DNA of 64,000 nucleotides from a virus: IMG/VR virus record IMGVR_UViG_3300010885_036069, positions 32,001 to 96,000 of that record; one strand, 5' to 3'. Shown piece by piece: positions 37,783 to 46,131 of this stretch (position 1 is its first letter; each line of letters starts with the position of its first letter). The notes under the pieces were generated by a model. It saw only the letters and a program-made list of their open reading frames with translations, ran no database searches and was not told where the DNA came from. The position numbers and the translations under genes were made by a program.

Positions 37783-40458
37783 TGAGGTAACCCTCTTCTT
37801 GTAGTTCTTGTATCGCTGATAGGAAGTTCCTAATTCTAGTTACCATCGGATCCGAGGCTTCGGCTTGATAGGCAAGTGGGTCCATAAGTCGTGCTGCGAT
37901 CCCAAGCCGTTCGTCGCCACCAAGAATTGATTCTTCCATGGAATCTAAGGCCGCAAATGCTTTTTCAACTTCAATCCGAGCAAGAAGTCTTTTAACTTGC
38001 TGTTCAACTTGATAATCTTCCTCTACCCAGCCCTGAATTATGAATTTACTCCTATTGATGTCAAGGGGGCTACCCCAGCCACCGGCAGCTCCATTGTCAA
38101 TGGGCAGTACTGTGGCGGAAACTAGATCGCCATTGAGATCGCGCTTCGCTTCAGTGTAGAGCCAGTTTTCATGGTGCCTATCGCCATTGCCCAAGATTTC
38201 ATCCATTAACAGGGTCAATTGCTTGCTGGCTGAGTGAAGGGTTTCTTGGTCGTAAAGAGTAATTTCCCCGTTGTCTTCTTGTTCAATGCTGGTGAAGTCA
38301 TCGCCCCTACCGCCAATTCCATACTTCACAACATCATCAAAATGCTCCATAACTATTGGCAAGTTGTAGTTAAATGAACCGTTCCGATCGTACATAGCGA
38401 CTCGGATTCGAGGGGAGTGCATTCCAAGGAGTTGTTGCATGTATCCGCCGTAAATTTCATTGCCGAACTCCCCCTTAAATGCCGTTGGGGTTTTGACAAT
38501 ATACTTTCTTCCGGTGACCTTATCTTCAACAATATATGTTCCACCATAAACATTGCCGGATTGCTGGGCCAGTAGGTTGTTTAGACCTCCAGCGTCACCC
38601 AGTGTTCTAAACCTACCGGGATCGGTGGGTCTCAAAGCCCATGCCCCAACAGCGCTGCTTTCAGTGGTGTCAAGAATAGCATCACGTAAATAGAAATCCG
38701 GCACATCATCTAGCGACCCACCGTCAAGCAGGTGTTGAATTGCATCATCAAGGGAACCTATGCCAGCAGTCCCAATTAGGACTGGCTCTGGAACATTGAA
38801 CCCATTTACGACGACATTGCCGTGAGATACTTCAAATCGCGTATCGCTGTATTGAATTACGTCTGGATCAAGAAGCGCCTTTACCTCTAGCGCTGCTTCA
38901 GCGGGAACGCCGGGCAGCGGGTTAGCCGGAGCCTTGGGTTCTTGTGTAGTTATCGGCTGTGGCTTTGATGGCTTAAAGATTTCACCAACAGCGACAGGAC
39001 GAGGGCCGGCGGGCTTGTCAACTTCGGGGACGGACTCTGGCTTTATTTCCGGAATGATTTCGGCGGCTCGTTTGTCAATTTCCTCTTGCTCACGCTGCAT
39101 GCGATCTGCTTCTTCTCTGGCATCACGAAGATTCTCTTTCTTGATGCGAGCAAGGTCACGGGCGTATTCGGCATATGAAATTATTGCGCGATCGTGGTCA
39201 ATGAATGATCCTGTTTCATGGTAATCAAGTGCAGCGCCGTCTTCGCCGTTCCGCCAGCGCTCTAGGTAGACATTAGCCCTCTGCTCAAGTTCTGCTATGT
39301 GATCTTCAATTCTCTTGATGTGTTTCTGAATATCCTCTTCTGATCCGGCCTCAACAAATTTATCAATGAGTTCCTTGCGTGCGTTATTTATCTTTCCAAG
39401 TTCGTCATTTGCTCTATCTAGTTGATCTCTTTCCTCTTTAGTGAGGTGTTGAAGGATCGCCGGATATGCATTTTTGCGTTTATTTGATGGCGGTTCCGGA
39501 ATGTCTTTTGGCTTTGGAGTTTTTGGACCACTAGGTCCGTTTGGACCCATTGGCTTGCCAAATTCAACATCCTTCTTGATTTCATCAATTGCCTCACTTG
39601 GAGTGAGGTCAGGAGCTTCAATTGAGCGGTGGTTACCCTTCTCGTCAACGACTCCAACAATTGAACCATTGCGGGCGACTCTCGCCCTATCCTCGTCGAC
39701 TACGCGATAGGGGCGTTTTGCGGCCCCTTCTGTCCTGATGATGTAAACCTGTTTGTTGTAATTTTTAGCAGCCTCAATTGCCTGCTTTTTCGCTGACTGC
39801 TCACTGCCGAAGTTTTGACCAAACTGACTGCCAGGGACATTTCTGCCATTGTTCTTGATGTTTTGTTTTCTGGCATTATCAGTAGCAGCGCTAGCGGCAC
39901 GCGCTGGAGGACTGAGAGGTTTTGGTGTTGCTGGACGCTCGGTCTGGATGCGACGACGTTCTGGAAGTTTTCCAGATGTTGGGCCATCCGGCTTCTCTGG
40001 TGAAGGGGTCAGTGAGCGACGACGTTCCCGATCTTCTTGCGGCCTTGCTCGTTCAGCAAACCGGTCAAGTATTCCTGCGGCCCGCTCACGAATCCCACGC
40101 TTCTTTACGGGGGAGGGAGGGGTGTTCTCGTCAATTCCAGAACCGAGGTTTGGTTTATTGGCGCCAATAGCAACTCGCTCCGCTGCTCGCGCTCCCTGCG
40201 ATACTTCTGAAATTGTTTCACGAGCTGCACCTAGGTTGCAGGTGGTTCCCATGGCGTTTGTCCAGTCGCCACCACGATTCGTTCCAGGTGGGCAGCGAAA
40301 TCGAGTGGCTTCGGAGCCATCAACATCAACAACTTCAGTCAGAACTCGGGCAGAACTAATTGCGCGAGCAACTCCACGCTTCTTTCGGCCACTACCAAAT
40401 CCAAGGACTTTGAAATCTATTTCGGATTGTTTAGGTAGTGGCGCGTTGCTTTTTTTTT
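37775..40458 (-). CDS. CPPG tag plus C-terminal HipA/PI3K-like kinase; reading frame probably entered by a -1 frameshift from the upstream gene
   Basis: YIVK, NEIYG, DEILGNGDRHHENW, LPIDNG; frame is open from the A9 run with no ATG/GTG/TTG before 40252, which lies inside the tag. Confidence 0.7.
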
Positions 40459-42033
40459 AGGTTGTGGCAGTGCTTTGCCGGAGGGGACCGCAATCCACGC
40501 TTCAATATTTTCAGGGCGTGAAGGGGCATTTGCTGAAAGGAAGATTTCAAAAATCCAGCGACGAACCATCCGTCGTGATCCATCTTCTCGTTGCACTTCA
40601 ATGAGCTGAAGTGGACCCTTTACATTCTTGATGTCAGGCTTGAGTTCAAGTTTCCCGTTTGATTCTGAAACAAACTTCTCAAGTGCAGATCCATAGCCAA
40701 GGTCGGGTTCATTTCTACGAAGCGTTGCCCAACGGCGACTCATTCCTCGGATTGATTCGGGCGTCGCTTTAGAAGTTCTGCTGAGAGTCAGGCTTGATCC
40801 ATCGGGAAAGACCATGACAGCAGAACGAGCGCCTGCCGCAAGAAGACCAATTTCCGAGTCGCCAATCTTGCTTGGATCTGTTGCTCGTCGAATGATTACA
40901 CCATCAGCAATGTCGGCATTGTTGCGTGTTGAGGCAAGTTTCTCAATGGAAACCATTGAACTGAGAACACTTCCATCCCGACGAACGAGGCGTGCTGAAC
41001 TTGCTTTGTCGGTGGCAACAAGCGGAATGTTGTTTGTCACTGAAGTATTGATTTCCCCAATATTCAATGCTCCAACAGTTGGGATGTCCGGCTTGCGAGT
41101 AGCAGTCGCATTAGGAATTACATTTCCTCGGATTTTTGTTCCCTTTAGCGTGTCATCCGCTTTTGGACCCCTGCCCATGTTTAATGCTTCGGAAGCAGCA
41201 CCACGAAGGGATGGGAGATCAAATAAGCGAGTGCCGCAAGTAGAAAGACGAGAATTGGTAAAGCGTCCACCAAATTCAAATCCAGGTGGACAACGATCTT
41301 GGCCCTTGCCAATCTTTGGGCGACGGAGATTTACTCTATCTTTTCCGCCACCTGGGGTGATAATTTCCCATAGAGTTGAGCGGACAGGTGAGCGAACATC
41401 GCTCATGTCTCCGGGTACCGCTAGTGAACCCGCTCCTTGAATGGCCTGAAGTGGCTTTGATTGACTCCCCGCCAAGCCGACTTTCTCTGAAATTTCATCA
41501 CCCTTACTGAGGGCATCTATGGCCGAAAGCGTTGATGCTTTATGTCCGACAAGAGTTTCAGTTGCCGTCCAGCCGTTAGCCTTCTTTTTCCAGATCCGAA
41601 TAAGGACTGCGGGATCATCAGGTTTCGCTTCAATTGTGAACTTTGAACCAGGAATTCCAAGAGTTCCATCGGTCATCACATATTCAACTTGACCCTGTGC
41701 GTCGCCGCCGGAAGATCCCCAGCGAACAAAAGAACCCTCGCGAAGGCGCTTTGATTTAGATTTGGCTTCTTTCAAAAGTCCTTTTGCTCCAGCGCCACCC
41801 GAAGGTGTTCCGCAGGTGCTTCCCAAGGCGTCGGTGAAGTCGCCAGCACCAGCAGTTCCTGGTGGGCATTTGAATTTGCCATTCTCAACCAATACTCCAT
41901 TGGATGCAGCAAAACGAGAGCTAACGCTTCCCCCTGAGAGGTCGCCAACCTTTTGTCCGCTTTCGCCAATTGACGGGCCGAGGATTCCTTTACCAGTTAG
42001 TGCCGCGTGAAGCGGATACCGGTTCGATGTCAC
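40417..42033 (-). CDS. Head-associated protein with two CPPG tags and a Tudor-like (Hva1/DUF2945-like) domain
   Basis: KCPPGTAGAGDFTDALGSTC, RCPPGFEFGGRFTNSRLSTC; EGSFVRWGSSGG...GQV...DDPA; GAGGAG RBS before GTG at 42033. Confidence 0.7.
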   Translation of the reverse strand: MTSNRYPLHAALTGKGILGPSIGESGQKVGDLSGGSVSSRFAASNGVLVENGKFKCPPGTAGAGDFTDALGSTCGTPSGGAGAKGLLKEAKSKSKRLREGSFVRWGSSGGDAQGQVEYVMTDGTLGIPGSKFTIEAKPDDPAVLIRIWKKKANGWTATETLVGHKASTLSAIDALSKGDEISEKVGLAGSQSKPLQAIQGAGSLAVPGDMSDVRSPVRSTLWEIITPGGGKDRVNLRRPKIGKGQDRCPPGFEFGGRFTNSRLSTCGTRLFDLPSLRGAASEALNMGRGPKADDTLKGTKIRGNVIPNATATRKPDIPTVGALNIGEINTSVTNNIPLVATDKASSARLVRRDGSVLSSMVSIEKLASTRNNADIADGVIIRRATDPSKIGDSEIGLLAAGARSAVMVFPDGSSLTLSRTSKATPESIRGMSRRWATLRRNEPDLGYGSALEKFVSESNGKLELKPDIKNVKGPLQLIEVQREDGSRRMVRRWIFEIFLSANAPSRPENIEAWIAVPSGKALPQPKKKATRHYLNNPK

Positions 42034-42065
42034 TTTGACTCCTCTTCGCACCTTTGGTGCATCCG

Positions 42066-43430
42066 TCAGTTGCCGAGAATGTCGCGAAGGTCTTCTTCGG
42101 CGGCAAGAAGTTCAAACTCAATGAGTGCTGCTGCAAACTCATTTTCGGCAGACTTCTCACCATCAGCGGCTTCTTCGGCTGGATTGTCCATTGCTTCAGC
42201 CTCATCAGTTGCTTCTGGCCAAGTAGTTGGGATCATTTCATCAAGACCAAGATCCTTGGCACGCTTGATGATATGAGCCTTTGCGGCTTCCTTGTCCTTT
42301 GCACGACCGTAAGCCTGAATGGCATTCTTGAGATCGGCCTCATCCTTGATGGGATAGGAGCCGTCAGGAAGTGCTTCTCCGGCTTCAACCATTGCTGAGC
42401 GCTGATCCTCGGAGTACATACGCTTTACCTCAAGGTCATCGTCATCGGACTTGCCGTTGACATCCTCATCCCAGAGGTATTCGTCATAACCGAGAACTTC
42501 ACCATTCGGTGAAACGAAGACATCGTAAGACTTGCCGTTGATTCCATGAACCTCAACAGCGTAAGCCTCGTTGCCCTCAAATTCGCCAACTGAGTATGAA
42601 GCAGCCTTTCCTTCAACTGCTTCAAGGGCAAGGCTCACGGCATCCTTGATCCCAATTGTTCCCTCGGATGCAAGAATCTCTTCCTTTGGAATTCGGAACC
42701 AGCCGTCAAGTTCACCATCACCAGTGAAGTACGCTTCAACGGCTTGACCGTCTTTGCGCTCCACCTGGACGATAAACATGTCGTATTCGTCGGAGTAGCC
42801 AGAATCAAGAACTTTGCCATTAAGCGTGTCTTCAGCAAAACCTTCAATTTCAAGGAGGTCAGGATCTGCACTATTGCTGATACAGCCGCCATTGCAATCG
42901 CCACAAGCGCCAGTTTCAAGGCTCTTCATTTCTCGACTGTAGGCGCAGATAAACAGGTCATCAGTCATTTCGTCAGACTTCATGCCCATAGATTCCATAC
43001 GGCGAGCGCGATTGCGCTTGCGCTTTGCTGTGCGCTCAGCAGGCATTTCTTCGCCCATACCGGCGTAGCCCATGCCCTTTTCTTCTTCTTCCATCATTGG
43101 ATCAACCTCAGGAAGAACATCTTCTTCAGTTTCTTTGGTTTCAACGGCCATAGCGCCGCATTTACCGCAAACTTTGTCGCCTGCTTTGTAGCCACAATCG
43201 CCACCAGCAAGACCTTTAGCGCACTTCTTAATCATGCCTTCGGCATCAATCAGAACTGCTGGCTTTTCTTCCATCATGTCCACTTCTGGCTCCTTGATCT
43301 GCATGGCGTCTGTCATGCAAGCATTGGAATTCTTGCACGCCACGCAGGGTGTGGCACGCTTTTCACCTGATAATCCGCAATTATACTTGTTTGGCGACGG
43401 AAGCAGGGGTACTGGCTTTGTGGGTTTCAT
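42066..43430 (-). CDS. Acidic scaffold-like protein with Cys clusters, a PepSY-like repeat and a DUF6582-like domain
   Basis: Several CxxC motifs; DAVSLALEAVEG...YAVEV...YDVFV; ALPDGSYPIKDEADLKNAIQAYGRAK. Confidence 0.65.
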   Translation of the reverse strand: MKPTKPVPLLPSPNKYNCGLSGEKRATPCVACKNSNACMTDAMQIKEPEVDMMEEKPAVLIDAEGMIKKCAKGLAGGDCGYKAGDKVCGKCGAMAVETKETEEDVLPEVDPMMEEEEKGMGYAGMGEEMPAERTAKRKRNRARRMESMGMKSDEMTDDLFICAYSREMKSLETGACGDCNGGCISNSADPDLLEIEGFAEDTLNGKVLDSGYSDEYDMFIVQVERKDGQAVEAYFTGDGELDGWFRIPKEEILASEGTIGIKDAVSLALEAVEGKAASYSVGEFEGNEAYAVEVHGINGKSYDVFVSPNGEVLGYDEYLWDEDVNGKSDDDDLEVKRMYSEDQRSAMVEAGEALPDGSYPIKDEADLKNAIQAYGRAKDKEAAKAHIIKRAKDLGLDEMIPTTWPEATDEAEAMDNPAEEAADGEKSAENEFAAALIEFELLAAEEDLRDILGN

Positions 43431-43431
43431 T

Positions 43432-46038
43432 TTATCCCTTGAGCTGCTTGCGCTGAATGTCAATTACATGTCCAAGTGCAGTGTCAATTGCACTCTTTGC
43501 ATCTTCGCTCAAATCTGAAAAATCAGCAACTTGGATGCCTTGATCTGTCACTTCAATTTCAAGATTGTAGTAATTGGCAATTGGTTCAATGGTGTCACCG
43601 ATCAAGGGAATGCTTTCACTTGAGGCAACAATAAGACCATCAGATTTCATTTCAACGCTTTCAATAGGACTTGATGCTCCTACGATTTCTTCAAGCATTG
43701 TAATGATTTTACGAATCTTTTCAACATTTCGTCCATTGATTGCTCGACCGGCTTTAATGTCAATTTCATCAACGAGGCCCTTGAGTGAGTCCCCTAGAAG
43801 GTCGGCACCCTCGCTGCCATGATCGCAATTGCAGTCTTCTTTGGCCAACTCAACTGAATGGAAGTTCATTCCACCCATATCGTCTTCACCTTCATGCTCC
43901 CAAGCATTTTCGTCACGAAGCATGCCAACGAAGCGAGGCTCAGCCTGACAGAACATCTTCAGTTCCTTGACTGCCTCGCCCATAGAAACATCCATGTCGT
44001 CTTCTTCGCCAAGGAAGTCCATACCTTTTCCGGCAGGATTTGGCTTAAGTTTGCGAAGACGATCATTGAAGTCGCTGTCAGAAAGGATTGAACCGCGAAC
44101 AACATTTTTGAGCTTGCGACGGCAATTCTTCATCCCTGGGTGATGACAGCCCTCATTGGGCCAAAGGCCAGTTGTTTCATGGTGAAGCCATGCACAGATG
44201 TTATTCAGAGGGTAAAGCTCAGGATGATCGGCAAGGATCACACGACAACGACGGAAACCGCCCTCACGTCGCATGATTGGACGCCAATAACGAAGAAGTC
44301 GTTCAAGGTTTCCTCGACGAGGACCGTACCCACGAAGGACATCACCAGTCACTCGCTCTTGAGGAAGGGTGTCTGGAATAGCATTTGCCCCTGTTGGGAC
44401 TCGGCTTGTTGCTCGGCCAGAGGCATTTGCCAGTGACTGCAACTGTGAAGCATTTGGTGCTTTGATGTCCATTTCGTATCCTAACGGAGCGAAGAGAATT
44501 TCTTCTGATTTGATTTGATCACCACATAAACCTTTTCCGCCACATCCACACCCACAACCCTTTTCGGTTGACATAGCGGCCATCATGCCACCGGTTTCAT
44601 CATCTTCATTTGAAGCGGATGGGGTCTTTTCTTCGGTAATTGGCCCGCCTGAAATCCAAGCATCGCATGTACGGGCCGCTGCACACTTGAAGTCAAATGC
44701 TTCGCAATAACCAAGATCTCCAGCCTCAATGACATCAACAGCATCATTTCCAGATTCGTTTCCAAGGCCATCCTCAATGCATGAGAGCATCCGCTTGGTC
44801 TGGATAAAGGCGGCGCAGTTGCCACACCGTTGTTTCTTGGCTTCATCTTGTGAAACATCCCAACGGTCAGCCTTTTTCATCCAGAACTTTGAATTTGGTT
44901 CTGCCGGATTCAGGGGACCGTAGCCAGCAGTTTCAATTGCATTCTGGCGATTTTTGATGTTTACAGCAATACTTGATGTCGCTGGGGGACAAGAGCCGCC
45001 CACTTTATCCTCATCGTCGGAATTGCCATTGTACTCATATGGGTTTTCATTATCCCCATCATCTTCAGTATCGTCGTTGTACTCGTAGTCACCAAGTTCA
45101 TCACTATCGGCAAAACTGGTGTAGTTGGAGTAAGTGACATCGCCTTTTGTATTTTCGTTTTCAGCAGACTTGCCTTCAAGTTTTGCAATTTCTTCGCGAA
45201 TCACATTCTTCATGTAGGCCTCGCCTCGCGATCCCACAGCAAGCCACTTCATCTGAGCGACAACGCCCGGAAGCAAGAAGTCACCGCGATGGCGAGCAAC
45301 CCAAGCCTCACGGAGTTCTAAGGCATTGATTTCCATTTGACTGTTAGTTGTTCCGCCTCGACGGTATAAGGGGAGCAACTTGGCGTACTGGTCATTTCCA
45401 CGAATATTCCCACCCTTGCGCCAAATGGATGGGTACTTTTCTTTGACCATTTCAGCAAAACTCGGGTCAAATGTTTCCCACTTACTCTCTCGGAATGAGG
45501 TGAGTTGATCTTCCTTGGCGTCTTGCTTCTCTGACTTGATTGAAATTGTTGCGGTTAGTTGATTTGCACCATGCAGAACTGGGGAAACTTCGTAAAGTTC
45601 TACTTCCTTGAGCATGTTTGCTTGGCGCTCTGGGGAGTAAATGGAGTCAAGGGTCTTATAGCCGATGCTCCACTCTTGTTCTTCCCCAAAAAAGAGGATG
45701 CTGTGGAATGCCTCGCGCCCGCGCTCTGAGCGGAGATTAAATTGAACCTTTGCAAATAGCCCACCGACTCCGGCAGATTTCATCTTGCCAGGAAGACGAG
45801 GGTCGGACGGGCCTACTTCATAGATGTCAAGAACTTTGCCAATTGGCTGATTCCAGTCATGACCCCAAACAACCCGAGGCTTACGACGCTTGAGTGATGA
45901 GGTAAATGCACCGGGAACAACAATGTCCCCCACGCTGTCCTTATTACCAACAGCGGCAACAAAGCATTCAACAAGGCCTTCGGCTTCATCAATGCTTAGT
46001 TGGCCTGACATAGCCTTGAACTCAAGTTTATTGGTCAA
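43432..46038 (-). CDS. HK97-type prohead protease with a long multi-domain C-terminal extension
   Basis: DSVGDIVVPGAF, VWGHDWNQPIG, EWSIGY, LKEVELYEVSPVLHGAN in the first about 170 aa. Confidence 0.92.
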   Translation of the reverse strand: MTNKLEFKAMSGQLSIDEAEGLVECFVAAVGNKDSVGDIVVPGAFTSSLKRRKPRVVWGHDWNQPIGKVLDIYEVGPSDPRLPGKMKSAGVGGLFAKVQFNLRSERGREAFHSILFFGEEQEWSIGYKTLDSIYSPERQANMLKEVELYEVSPVLHGANQLTATISIKSEKQDAKEDQLTSFRESKWETFDPSFAEMVKEKYPSIWRKGGNIRGNDQYAKLLPLYRRGGTTNSQMEINALELREAWVARHRGDFLLPGVVAQMKWLAVGSRGEAYMKNVIREEIAKLEGKSAENENTKGDVTYSNYTSFADSDELGDYEYNDDTEDDGDNENPYEYNGNSDDEDKVGGSCPPATSSIAVNIKNRQNAIETAGYGPLNPAEPNSKFWMKKADRWDVSQDEAKKQRCGNCAAFIQTKRMLSCIEDGLGNESGNDAVDVIEAGDLGYCEAFDFKCAAARTCDAWISGGPITEEKTPSASNEDDETGGMMAAMSTEKGCGCGCGGKGLCGDQIKSEEILFAPLGYEMDIKAPNASQLQSLANASGRATSRVPTGANAIPDTLPQERVTGDVLRGYGPRRGNLERLLRYWRPIMRREGGFRRCRVILADHPELYPLNNICAWLHHETTGLWPNEGCHHPGMKNCRRKLKNVVRGSILSDSDFNDRLRKLKPNPAGKGMDFLGEEDDMDVSMGEAVKELKMFCQAEPRFVGMLRDENAWEHEGEDDMGGMNFHSVELAKEDCNCDHGSEGADLLGDSLKGLVDEIDIKAGRAINGRNVEKIRKIITMLEEIVGASSPIESVEMKSDGLIVASSESIPLIGDTIEPIANYYNLEIEVTDQGIQVADFSDLSEDAKSAIDTALGHVIDIQRKQLKG

Positions 46039-46131
46039 CTTATTTCTCCAGAGCGCGAGAGGACGTACCAGAGCAAATTACTATTTTTCTTATACTTATA
46101 CGGACAAATATATCCGTATAAGTATCAGTAT

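Noticed and set aside
36921-43370. Long plus-strand shadow ORFs (36921-37484, 39849-40460, 40814-41440, 42744-43370)
   Set aside because: They are antisense to well-supported genes and have no recognisable motifs.
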